A DNA stretch of 25,983 nucleotides. Source: a virus. Lineage: Duplodnaviria > Caudoviricetes. The stretch is taken from IMG/VR virus record IMGVR_UViG_3300037044_000261, positions 1 through 25,983 of that record; one strand, given 5' to 3'. A program made the translations under genes and the position numbers. This document shows positions 9,105 through 17,918 of this stretch, one piece after another. A model generated the notes under the pieces. It was not told the DNA's origin. It did not search any database and saw nothing but the letters and a program-made list of their open reading frames with translations. Numbering within the stretch: position 1 is the first letter of the stretch; each line of letters starts with the position of its first letter.

Positions 9105-9929
9105 ATGGCATCCGCCTTCGATCTCGCCAGCCTGGCGGACGTCAAGATTTGGCTTGGCATTTCGGGCGGCGATGATGATGTTCTTCTCGCCCGATTGATC
9201 GCGCAGACAAGCCGGGCGATCCTCGGCATCCTTGATCGTCCCGCCATTCTGCCGTCGATCTACAGAGAAATATACGATGACGGCGATGACGCTTCGATTT
9301 TGCTCCGGCAATGGCCGGTCAATGCGATTCTGTCATGCGACGTGAACGGCGAGTCTCTTCCGCCATCAGCGCCGCTTGCTGACGGCACAAGTCAGGCCGG
9401 TTTTATTTTCGATCCGCCCGACGCCGCGCCGCCCGGTCGAATGCAGAAAATATCGTTGCGCCGGAAAGGCTTCGCATGTGGTCGTCAGAATGTAGCGATT
9501 TCCTATTCCGCTGGCTATCAGGTCACGGCGGAGAACGCGCTTGTGCCGCCGAGCCCGCCATACACGGTATCGGCGCGGGCGCCCTATGGCGATTGGGCGG
9601 GCGATGGCGGCGTGGCCTATGTAGACGGTGCACCTCTTGGATGTGCTGCGGCCAGTCCAGAGCCTGGTCGCTATGCGATATCCAATGGCGTCTACACATT
9701 TGCCGCGGCAGACGCCGGCGCCCTCGTGCATTTGACTTATGGCTACGTTCCCGCGGATCTCGCCGCCTGCTGCATGGATTGGGCTGCTGAGCGATACGCC
9801 TATCGCTCGCGGATCGGCCAGCAATCGAAGTCCCTCGGTGGTCAGGAGACGATGGCGTTTCTTGTCAAGGACGTTCCTGATTTCGTGATCAGACTCTTGC
9901 AACCTTATCGCCGGGTAGTAACGCCATGA
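9105..9929 (+). CDS. Head-tail adaptor (HK97 gp6/SPP1 gp15-like) with inserted beta domain
   Basis: N-terminal LASLADVKIWLGI..DDVLLARLI and C-terminal VPADLAAC..LLQPYRR adaptor patterns. Confidence 0.82.
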   Translation: MASAFDLASLADVKIWLGISGGDDDVLLARLIAQTSRAILGILDRPAILPSIYREIYDDGDDASILLRQWPVNAILSCDVNGESLPPSAPLADGTSQAGFIFDPPDAAPPGRMQKISLRRKGFACGRQNVAISYSAGYQVTAENALVPPSPPYTVSARAPYGDWAGDGGVAYVDGAPLGCAAASPEPGRYAISNGVYTFAAADAGALVHLTYGYVPADLAACCMDWAAERYAYRSRIGQQSKSLGGQETMAFLVKDVPDFVIRLLQPYRRVVTP

Positions 9930-10372
9930 TCGACGTCGAGCTCAATGTGGCGGTGGTCAAGGTTGAGTTATGGCGCAGAGCGGACGAACTTCGGGACGCG
10001 CTTGAGGCGCGGATCAGGGATAAACTGACGGGTCAAGTCCTGCAAACCAGGTCAGGCGCACTCACGGGCTCCATAACCTCAGCTATCGCCGACGAAGGAG
10101 CGGCGGTATCGACGGTCGTCTCCAGCGTTGGCGCGCCATATGCGGCCATCTTGGAGTTCGGCGGTAAGACGGCGGCGCATAACATCATCGCGGTGAAGGC
10201 GAAGTCCTTGGCGATTGGAGCAGGCGGCGGCCAGGCTTTTGCCCGAAGCGTGCGTCATCCAGGCTCGACATTTCCCGCGCGTTCGTATCTTGGCGCCGCC
10301 CTCTCCGAAATGCGGGAGGAGATCGGGTCCGGCCTCAAGCAAGCGGTGCTCGCCTCATTGGGGCAATTGTAG
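9926..10372 (+). CDS. Neck/tail completion protein, HK97 gp10-like
   Basis: RSGALTGSI, PYAAILEFGG and PARSYL motifs; ATGA overlap with the adaptor. Confidence 0.75.
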   Translation: MIDVELNVAVVKVELWRRADELRDALEARIRDKLTGQVLQTRSGALTGSITSAIADEGAAVSTVVSSVGAPYAAILEFGGKTAAHNIIAVKAKSLAIGAGGGQAFARSVRHPGSTFPARSYLGAALSEMREEIGSGLKQAVLASLGQL

Positions 10373-10451
10373 CGCAGATGGAGAATTGGCTCCGCGCGGG
10401 CGTCGGACAAAAAAATCGTCCAATCGAGCATGTTCCGCAAAGAGGTTCGAT

Positions 10452-10898
10452 ATGTCAACGACGCAGCGCGAGGTTGCGATAGAGGCGCTGAGGCGTCTCC
10501 TTGCAGACGCCTATCCTTGGAGGCTCGGTCCATCGCGACGCCTCAAGCTCTGGAGCGATGTGCCGGCGGCGAATCGGCCTGCCTGCTTTATCTACGAAGG
10601 CGGTCAGGAAACGTACTCCTGGAGCGAAACGGCTTTACCCAAGCGGGTTATCGAAGTGAAAATTTTCGTCTACCTCAACGCCAAGGATCCGGGCGCCGTC
10701 GGCGCGACGCTCGTCAATAAAGTCATGGACGCCATCGATGACGCCTTCAGGCTCATCGGCGGCGATATTATTTCCGGCCGAAATACTCTCAACGGCGCCG
10801 CCTATCACTGCCGCATCGACGGAAAGACGTTGAAAGATCCGGGCGATCTTGATGGCGATGCGCTTTTGATAGCGCCTGTGAAAATCGTCCTGCCATAG
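10452..10898 (+). CDS. Putative tail terminator protein
   Basis: ATG 10452 after GAGG, in frame with the 10215 ORF; 148 aa; sits just before the tail tube. Confidence 0.65.
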   Translation: MSTTQREVAIEALRRLLADAYPWRLGPSRRLKLWSDVPAANRPACFIYEGGQETYSWSETALPKRVIEVKIFVYLNAKDPGAVGATLVNKVMDAIDDAFRLIGGDIISGRNTLNGAAYHCRIDGKTLKDPGDLDGDALLIAPVKIVLP

Positions 10899-11057
10899 AG
10901 AGGCGAGGCGCGGAGGCGGCTCTCGTGCTGCGTCCCCAGGCGCCTCGTTCGCACCGGACTGCGTTGGCCGGCGTCGCAATTTGCGCGCGCGATCCATCGC
11001 TTTACCCGATGAAGCGCCGGAAGCAGCGCTCAGGATAAGTCGAAGAAGGAAGCCTTC

Positions 11058-11795
11058 ATGTATAGTTTCGGCTCGGGCGTATTGCTTGGCTCTCGCACGG
11101 ATATCGTCAATTCGACGCCGGTCAATTTCGGTCTGGTGCAGGAGGTCACTATCGAAGAAACCGCAACCATCAAGGAGCTGACAGGGCAGTTTCAGAGGCC
11201 GGTGGCGATCGCCCGCGGAACGATCAAGACGACCGGAAAGGCGAAAGTCGCGCGGATCTCGGGGTTGGCCTTCGCCAATCTCTTCTACGGCGTTACGCCC
11301 TCCGCGGGACAACTCGCGACTTCCTTCGCCGAGGCGGGTGCAATCGCCGCTACGGCGCCCTTTACAATCGGGATGGCCAATGCAGCGACATTTGTCGACG
11401 ACGAGGGGGTGCTTTTTGCGGCCACCGGGTTGCCTCTGACAAAGGTCGCATCGGCGCCGGGCGCAGGGCAATATTCGGTCGTCGCGGGCCTCTACACATT
11501 CAATTCCGCGGACGCCGGAAAGGCGGTGCTGACGAGCTACACCTATACGACGAACGGCGGGGGCCAGAAGTTTACGGTCGCCAATCAGCTTCTGGGGACG
11601 ACGCCGACCTTTCAGGCGATTTTCTACACGACGTTTCAAGGGCAGGCCATTTCGTTGAAGCTCAATAATTGCACGTCGAGCAAGCTGAGCTTTCACACCA
11701 AGCTCGAAGATTTCGTAATGCCGGAGTTTGAATTCCACTGTTTTGCCGACGCGGCCGGAAATGTGATGACTTGGTCTTATGGGGAGGCGTCCTGA
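11058..11795 (+). CDS. Tail tube (major tail) protein with inserted 72 aa domain
   Basis: 245 aa, beta-strand-like composition, RBS AAGGA; precedes the chaperone pair and tape measure. Confidence 0.78.
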   Translation: MYSFGSGVLLGSRTDIVNSTPVNFGLVQEVTIEETATIKELTGQFQRPVAIARGTIKTTGKAKVARISGLAFANLFYGVTPSAGQLATSFAEAGAIAATAPFTIGMANAATFVDDEGVLFAATGLPLTKVASAPGAGQYSVVAGLYTFNSADAGKAVLTSYTYTTNGGGQKFTVANQLLGTTPTFQAIFYTTFQGQAISLKLNNCTSSKLSFHTKLEDFVMPEFEFHCFADAAGNVMTWSYGEAS

Positions 11796-11796
11796 G

Positions 11797-12105
11797 ATGC
11801 GGCCGCTCAGCGAGACGATCCGGCTTGGCGCCCGTGAATGGTCCTTGCGGCCCTTGACCCTGCGCCAAGTGCAGGAGATCGAACCCATCCTCATGGCGGG
11901 CGCGCTTGAAGCGAGCGGCAATGTGGCGGCGGCGATGGCCATCGTCGCAATCGCGCTTCGGCGAGACCACGCCGAGGCGGCGGACCAACTCGCCGAGGTC
12001 GAGGCGACGGCGCCCGAGATCGGCGCGGCGATGGCGGCGGTCCTGCGGCTTGGCGGCTTTCTCAATGCGTCGATGGGAGGCGACGGCAGCCTGGGGGAAG
12101 CCTGA
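11797..12105 (+). CDS. Tail assembly chaperone (gpG-like)
   Basis: 102 aa, LRPLTL motif; ends L-G-E-A on a GGGGGAA slippery site. Confidence 0.78.
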   Translation: MRPLSETIRLGAREWSLRPLTLRQVQEIEPILMAGALEASGNVAAAMAIVAIALRRDHAEAADQLAEVEATAPEIGAAMAAVLRLGGFLNASMGGDGSLGEA

Positions 12106-12133
12106 GCGGGCGCTCGGATGGCAAGACGCCCGC
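12093..12133 (+). promoter_or_regulatory. -1 programmed ribosomal frameshift signal (G GGG GAA plus downstream hairpin)
   Basis: Heptamer 12093-12099, 6 nt spacer, stem GCGGGCG (12106-12112)/CGCCCGC (12127-12133). The -1 frame is open from the site to 12404. Confidence 0.78.
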
Positions 12134-12404
12134 CCGCATCGATTTCGATCTGGTTTATTCAAGGCTTATGACCGCGTGCGGCTATACACCCGCGGAAATT
12201 GACGAAATGACGCTGCACGACGTGCTTGGGCTCTTGACCTATTGGCGGGATCACCCCCCGGCGCACGAGATTTTGAAATGCGTCTATCGAATCGAGCACA
12301 AGTCGGAGACGGCAAGTCGCAGGAACGATCGCGATCCGAGCGGAATCGGGGGGCTCGTAGCTCGCTTTCCAGACGGCTTTGTGCGCTCGGCGGGGGAGGA
12401 ATGA
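12096..12404 (+). CDS. Tail assembly chaperone gpT-like segment (C-terminal part of the gpGT fusion)
   Basis: The -1 frame reads GSLSGRSDGKTPARIDFDLVYSRLMTACGYTPAEIDEMTL..., so the gpT-like motif begins upstream of the ATG at 12168. Confidence 0.72.
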   Translation, partial: GSLSGRSDGKTPARIDFDLVYSRLMTACGYTPAEIDEMTLHDVLGLLTYWRDHPPAHEILKCVYRIEHKSETASRRNDRDPSGIGGLVARFPDGFVRSAGEE

Positions 12405-12458
12405 GGCCGCCCTCGTCAGTTGCGCCGTCGACGCTGCGCGCAGAAAGGACAAACGGAT

Positions 12459-13724
12459 ATGGCAGATAATGTCACCATCAAATTCGCCGCCGATATCTCC
12501 GATCTGCAAAGAGGTATGCAGCAGGCCGCAGGTTCCGTGGAGTCGGCCGTGGGGGCGTTGCGCAATGGCGCCGGACAAATTAACGCGTCCTTCGTCTCTC
12601 TATCCAAGGCCTATGCGAGCAGCGCAGCGCAGAGAATTGCGGCGCAACAGGCGGCGGGGGAGGCGGAGCTTGCGATTGCTCGGCAGCAGGAGCAGGGACG
12701 ATACGCCATTGCGTTGAATGGGGTGAAGCGGCAAAGCGCCAGCGTCAAGGAATCGGCGCAGCTTGCGCAGATTTCGCGGCAAGAAGAGCTGTCGAGCCTG
12801 CTCGCCCTGGAGCAACAACGCGAAGACATCGAGCGCCAGCATCTCATTGCGGTTCAAAAGAGCTATCAGGAGGGCACAGCGGCTTATGCGAGCGCTCTAC
12901 GTCGCCAAGAGGAGTTGACCAGTCAATCGGCGTTGCGGCGCCAGGAAATCGAGCAAGGGGTCACCCGGCAAATCTATTCTGATTACAAGCGAAGTTTCGA
13001 GCAGATCGGATCAAGCGTCTCGGGTTCGATCATGGGCATGGTTCAGGGGAGTCAGACTCTCGGACAGGCGGCTCAGAAAGTAGCCTCGTCGGTGGTTCAG
13101 TCGTTTGTTCAAGCCAGGGTCCGAATGGCGGCCGATTGGATTGCCGGAGTTGCGGCGCAGACGAGCGCGACGACCGCCGGCGAGGCGATGAAGACGGCGG
13201 CCGTAGCGTCGGGAACTGCGGCCCGCGCCGGACTCGCTGCGACGGCTTCAGCGGGATCGAACGCCGCGACGATCGCATCCGTGATTAAAAGCATTTCGGC
13301 ATCGGCCGGCGAGACATTCGCGGGCATCTTCGGGTTTCTGTCGCCCGTCATGGGTCCCGCGGCGGCCGGTCCGGCCGCGGCCGGCCAAGCGACCGTGCTA
13401 GGCGTGGCGTCAGGCCTTGCATCTTTCGCGGTCGGAGCCTGGAGTCTGCCGAGCGATATGGTCGCGCAAGTCCACCAAGGCGAAATGATCGTTCCGGCCG
13501 GGCCAGCCGAAGCATTCCGCAGCGCCCTTTCCGGGGGCGCCGACGCCAGCGCCGGCGGGACTGTGCATGTCAATCATGCCGTGAATTTCAATGTTCAAGC
13601 GATCGACTCCGCGGGCGTCAAGCAGTTCCTCAAGAATAATGGCAAGCAAATCCTGCGCGCGATCAACGACGGCGTCCGTTCGGGGGCCCATTTGGGGCTG
13701 AGCAAGCTGAACGGCGTAGTCTGA
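12459..13724 (+). CDS. Short tail tape measure protein (421 aa)
   Basis: ATG 12459 after AAGGA; Ala/Gln-rich helical body; C-terminal FAVG..VHQGEMIVP..NFNVQAID motifs. Confidence 0.82.
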   Translation: MADNVTIKFAADISDLQRGMQQAAGSVESAVGALRNGAGQINASFVSLSKAYASSAAQRIAAQQAAGEAELAIARQQEQGRYAIALNGVKRQSASVKESAQLAQISRQEELSSLLALEQQREDIERQHLIAVQKSYQEGTAAYASALRRQEELTSQSALRRQEIEQGVTRQIYSDYKRSFEQIGSSVSGSIMGMVQGSQTLGQAAQKVASSVVQSFVQARVRMAADWIAGVAAQTSATTAGEAMKTAAVASGTAARAGLAATASAGSNAATIASVIKSISASAGETFAGIFGFLSPVMGPAAAGPAAAGQATVLGVASGLASFAVGAWSLPSDMVAQVHQGEMIVPAGPAEAFRSALSGGADASAGGTVHVNHAVNFNVQAIDSAGVKQFLKNNGKQILRAINDGVRSGAHLGLSKLNGVV

Positions 13725-13727
13725 GGC

Positions 13728-15989
13728 ATGGGATTTGTTCTTGGAGTCAATCTTCTTCCCTCGACGGGAGAATGGACTTATGACGTCGCGCTCTATCGCG
13801 GCAAGAGATTGGAAGAGACAGATTTCGAGCCGCTCAATGCTTACTTTGCGCCTGGGGGAACGAAGGCCGATCTTGATTATTCGATCGACCAGTTGCAGAC
13901 CGAGTTTCCCGAGTGCAAGACGATCGCGCTGGTCATTTCGTGGTTCGGCAGTTCGATCGACGCCGCGAACTGCAAGATCTATCCATCGACAACCTATATT
14001 GGCGGGGCCTTCGAAAGATATGCCGATGGCGCTTGGACTTCCGATGCTTGGCGGTGTTCGGGGCTCACGCAGGCCTCGTTCGGCGTCATCCCTATCACAT
14101 CGGATGGACCTTCCTTTTCCTATGGCGGGACGCCGTCCGACCAATCGATCGTGCGGTGCATCCGAACTCTGAAGGCGCGCGGTCTGCGCGTTGTTTTCTA
14201 TCCTTTCATCCTGATGGATGCGCCGGAGTTTCCTTGGCGCGGGCGCATCGCCTTCTCGCCCGATATCTCGGCCGCGGCCGCGGCAGCCGCCGACGCATTC
14301 CTGGGGTCAGCCGTCATCGGGCAGTTCACCCGCGACCCAACAAACCTAACGGTCGCCTATTCAGGCCCGCCAACCGACTACACATTTCGTCGCATGATCC
14401 TGCACTACGCCAATCTCTGCGTCATTGCGGGCGGCGTCGATCTCTTTCTCCTGGGTTCGGAGCTTCGCGGCCTCGAGACGATCAGAGGACCAGGCTGGAC
14501 GAAACAAGGGTCCATTGGCGCCGATGGCAGGGTCACATGGGACTATCCCTTCATCGACGGACTAATCCGATTGGCCGACGACGTGCGCGCCATATTCGAC
14601 GCCGAGGCGCTCACGAAAGATATTGAGGAGATGCGCAATCTAATCAGTTATGCGGCGGATTGGTCGGTGTGGATGGGCTATCAGCATCCAGACTCGAATG
14701 GACAATGGCCTCATCTCGATCAGCTCTATGCCCATGCAAATATAGATCTCGTGTGTTTCGACAATTATCTGCCTCTTTCCGATTGGACCACCGGCGATGA
14801 GGGCTTCGACATCGTCAATTGGCGCGAGCCCGCGCCGGCTTCATGGCCTCCATCGCGAGACGACATGAATGGTCTTGGGCTGACCGGCTCGCCGACGATT
14901 TACAGCAAGCCCTATCTTAAGGCCAATATTGAAGGGGGCGAAAAATATCATTGGTTCTATTATGATAGCGATAATCTCGGACGCGGCCTCGATCCGAGTG
15001 GTTCAGATACGCAGACATCGCGGCCGAAGGGAGACCGGCTTTTCCAGTCGCGCAATCCGTATTTCGCCAACCAACAGCTGCTCGCCAACAAGCAAATTCG
15101 TTGGTGGTGGAATAATGAGCACAAAGCTATCTACGACGATGGTCTGGGAGACGGATTCGCGTCGCATGGACCATTTACGCGCTGGCGTCCGCAATCAAAA
15201 TCAATCACCTTCACCGAATACGGCTTTCCAACCTGCGATCGAGCGACAAATCAGCCGAACGCTTTCTTCGACGTGAAATCCGTGGAGAGCGCGACGCCGT
15301 TCTGGTCGATTTGGGACCCTGCAGACGGGGCTCGCTTTCGACCCCGCGCCGATGAAAGACTGACTTTTCTCGCCTTGCAGGCGGTCTATGAATATTGGGT
15401 CGAGGACGGCAAGAACGAAACCTCTCTCACCGGCGTCAAAATGATCGAGCCAACGTTCATGTCGGTTTGGAATTGGGACGCTCGGCCGTTTCCGGTCTTT
15501 CCTTTGCGCGGCGACGTCTGGGGCGATGCAGGGAACTGGCGATCTGGCAATTGGCTCTCCGGCAAGGCCGCCTATGTCGATACGTGCTTACTTGAAGAGC
15601 CCCCAGCGCCAGCCGCGCGGCCGACGTTTCCGACGCTGCAAGGCCGATCCTCGCGCACATGCTTTCGGCCCACCTTCGCTACCGCTGACGCCGAGCATGT
15701 ATCGGGCCGCGAAAGCCGGTCTTCCCGGATGTCTCGCGCTCTATGGGAAATTGAGATCAGCTTCGACGTTCTCCTGGCTGACGGACTCAATGCCGACCTG
15801 CAAATGCTTGCCGGCTTCTATGCGCAGATGCATGGCCAAGATCTGTCGTTCACTTTTCCAATACCACCTGAACTTGGGCTTGGAGCGTACCTCTTATGCC
15901 GATTTGCCGATGATCAGGAAGATCTGGAGGAGTTTATGAAGCGGCTCTTCACGTTGCGTACCCTGAAACTGAGAACGGTGAAGGAATGA
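13728..15989 (+). CDS. GTA TIM-barrel (glycoside hydrolase-like) domain fused to a C-terminal DUF2460/distal-tail-like domain
   Basis: YGGTPSD, FYPFILMD, PWRGRI, GVDLFLLGSELRGL, ISYAADWS, DNYLPLSDW, FTEYGFP..TNQPN and WNWDARPFP motifs; the last ~122 aa resemble the next gene. Confidence 0.85.
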   Translation: MGFVLGVNLLPSTGEWTYDVALYRGKRLEETDFEPLNAYFAPGGTKADLDYSIDQLQTEFPECKTIALVISWFGSSIDAANCKIYPSTTYIGGAFERYADGAWTSDAWRCSGLTQASFGVIPITSDGPSFSYGGTPSDQSIVRCIRTLKARGLRVVFYPFILMDAPEFPWRGRIAFSPDISAAAAAAADAFLGSAVIGQFTRDPTNLTVAYSGPPTDYTFRRMILHYANLCVIAGGVDLFLLGSELRGLETIRGPGWTKQGSIGADGRVTWDYPFIDGLIRLADDVRAIFDAEALTKDIEEMRNLISYAADWSVWMGYQHPDSNGQWPHLDQLYAHANIDLVCFDNYLPLSDWTTGDEGFDIVNWREPAPASWPPSRDDMNGLGLTGSPTIYSKPYLKANIEGGEKYHWFYYDSDNLGRGLDPSGSDTQTSRPKGDRLFQSRNPYFANQQLLANKQIRWWWNNEHKAIYDDGLGDGFASHGPFTRWRPQSKSITFTEYGFPTCDRATNQPNAFFDVKSVESATPFWSIWDPADGARFRPRADERLTFLALQAVYEYWVEDGKNETSLTGVKMIEPTFMSVWNWDARPFPVFPLRGDVWGDAGNWRSGNWLSGKAAYVDTCLLEEPPAPAARPTFPTLQGRSSRTCFRPTFATADAEHVSGRESRSSRMSRALWEIEISFDVLLADGLNADLQMLAGFYAQMHGQDLSFTFPIPPELGLGAYLLCRFADDQEDLEEFMKRLFTLRTLKLRTVKE

Positions 15990-16594
15990 GCACGCCTTCG
16001 TTTCCGGTGCTTCCTGGGCAAGGTTGGTCCGTCCATAAGCGTCCGATTTTCGCAACGCGCGTCGCAAGCCACGCGTCCGGCCGAGAAGCGCGCATGCCCT
16101 TTTACGCCTATCCGCTTTATGAATTCGAGTTGACCTTCGACGCGCTCGCTTCGAATTCAAGCCATCCGGCTCTTGGCGTAGAGAGCCTCCAGTCTCTTAT
16201 GGGACTCTATCTTCAATGCGCTGGTCAATATCGCGCATTTCTCTATACCGACCCAAGCGATAGCGTCGCCGTTATGCAGCAAATAGCGGTCGGCGATAAC
16301 ACAACCAGGGAATTCACCTTTGTCCGCACGCTCGGCGGCTTTACAGAGCCTGTCGGATCCGTATTGTCCGTCGATAACGTCTATCTGAACGGCGTCATTG
16401 CGACAACAGGTTGGGCATTTACGGCGCCGAATATTCTGAGCTTTGTAATGCCGCCGCAGAACGACATCGCCATCTCCGCCGATTTCTCATTCGCCTATCT
16501 CTGTCGTTTCATAGACGATCAGAATGATTTCGAAAACTTTTTGTCAGGCCTTTGGCGAATCCAATCAATGAAGTTTAGATCGGTGAGATCATGA
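15986..16594 (+). CDS. DUF2460 family distal tail protein (RcGTA g12-like)
   Basis: P.FAT....ASGREAR, FLYTDP, GDNTTREF and CRF.DD motifs; ATGA overlap. Confidence 0.82.
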   Translation: MSTPSFPVLPGQGWSVHKRPIFATRVASHASGREARMPFYAYPLYEFELTFDALASNSSHPALGVESLQSLMGLYLQCAGQYRAFLYTDPSDSVAVMQQIAVGDNTTREFTFVRTLGGFTEPVGSVLSVDNVYLNGVIATTGWAFTAPNILSFVMPPQNDIAISADFSFAYLCRFIDDQNDFENFLSGLWRIQSMKFRSVRS

Positions 16595-17457
16595 GGCGCG
16601 CTTCGTCGTCCCTGATCGCTTATCTCGACTCTCTGCGGACACGAAAGGACGCTTGCGTCCTGACCGCCGATTGCTACACAATTTCGTTGCGTAGCGGGAT
16701 GGTCCTCACCTACACGAATGCTGACGTGTCAATTTCGTTCAATGGTTATGTTTACTCGGCGAACTCCGTTCTGATCGATGGCCTCAAGTACAGATGCGAG
16801 GTCGGACTCAATGTCGATCAGCAGCAACTCACGCTTGCTGCTCGTACAACGGACTTCCTTGGGGGCGTTCCCTTTCTTCACGCCCTTCGCAATGGGGTTC
16901 TGGACGGCGCCGAGATACAGCGCGAACGGGCCTTTCTTTCGTCGTGGACAGCAGCCCCGATCGGCAGCGTAATCTTGTTCAAAGGACGCGTTGGCGCAAT
17001 CGACCATGTCGGCCGCACCACAGCTCAAATCACAGTCAATTCGGATTTGATCCTTCTTGATGTCGACATGCCGCGTAACGTCTATTCTCCGAATTGTCAG
17101 CATGTACTTTTCGATTCAGGCTGCGGCCTTGTAAAAAGCGCCTTCAAAGCATTCGGGACCGTCTCCGCGGGATCGACCAATGCGATCATCAATTGGCAAA
17201 GCGCATCGCCTGTCTACGAGCAGGGAACGCTTACGTTTACTTCTGGCAGAAATCTGGGTGCGACTGCAAATATCAAAGCCGCCACCGTTAGCTACCTGGC
17301 GCTGGGCTGTCCCCTGTTGAACGCCCCCGCAGAAGGCGATGCCTTCACTGTCTTTCAAGGATGCGATCACACCAAGGCCACATGCCAATCAAAGTTCTCA
17401 AACCTCGCTAATTTCCGAGGCTTTCCTTTTGTTCCACCACCGACTTACGCTGTTTAA
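16591..17457 (+). CDS. DUF2163/BR0599 family baseplate hub protein (RcGTA g13-like)
   Basis: C-x4-D-x2-C and GCDHT.ATC..KF.NL.NFRGFPFVP motifs. Confidence 0.88.
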   Translation: MRRASSSLIAYLDSLRTRKDACVLTADCYTISLRSGMVLTYTNADVSISFNGYVYSANSVLIDGLKYRCEVGLNVDQQQLTLAARTTDFLGGVPFLHALRNGVLDGAEIQRERAFLSSWTAAPIGSVILFKGRVGAIDHVGRTTAQITVNSDLILLDVDMPRNVYSPNCQHVLFDSGCGLVKSAFKAFGTVSAGSTNAIINWQSASPVYEQGTLTFTSGRNLGATANIKAATVSYLALGCPLLNAPAEGDAFTVFQGCDHTKATCQSKFSNLANFRGFPFVPPPTYAV

Positions 17458-17459
17458 CT

Positions 17460-17918
17460 ATGTGCACGGAAACTGACCGACGAGCGCTAATTGTTTCCGA
17501 GGCTCGCAAGTGGATTGGCACTCCATATCACTCCTGCGCAGACGTGCGGGGTGCCGGCGTTGACTGTGGAATGATCCTGGTCCGCATCTTTGTCGATCTC
17601 GGGCTCTGCGAACCATTTGACCCGCGCCCCTATGCTGAAGATTGGCATTTGCACCGCAGCGAGGAAAAATATCTCGGATTCGTCGAGGCGCGATTCAAGC
17701 AGATCGCTAGCCCTCTTCCTGGAGATATAGTCGTTTTCCGTTTTGGCCGTTGCTACAGCCACGGCGCTTTGGTCACAAAAAGCGATCCGCTGACCATCGT
17801 CCATGCATTTCAGCCGGCCGGAGTGGTGTTCGAAGAGGAGCTTGTCAGAAACATTCAACTTGCCGATCCAGTACGGCGTCGCCGCTATTACAGTCTTTGG
17901 GCTAGGGAGCTAGGATGA
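17460..17918 (+). CDS. NlpC/P60 tail-associated peptidase (RcGTA g14-like)
   Basis: ARKWIGTPYH, GVDC (catalytic Cys), PGDIVVF, SHG and IVHA motifs. Confidence 0.9.
   Translation: MCTETDRRALIVSEARKWIGTPYHSCADVRGAGVDCGMILVRIFVDLGLCEPFDPRPYAEDWHLHRSEEKYLGFVEARFKQIASPLPGDIVVFRFGRCYSHGALVTKSDPLTIVHAFQPAGVVFEEELVRNIQLADPVRRRRYYSLWARELG

Noticed and set aside
10635-12065. 476 aa minus-strand ORF and other long antisense ORFs
   Set aside because: Shadow frames of well-supported + strand genes in GC-rich DNA, with no motifs.
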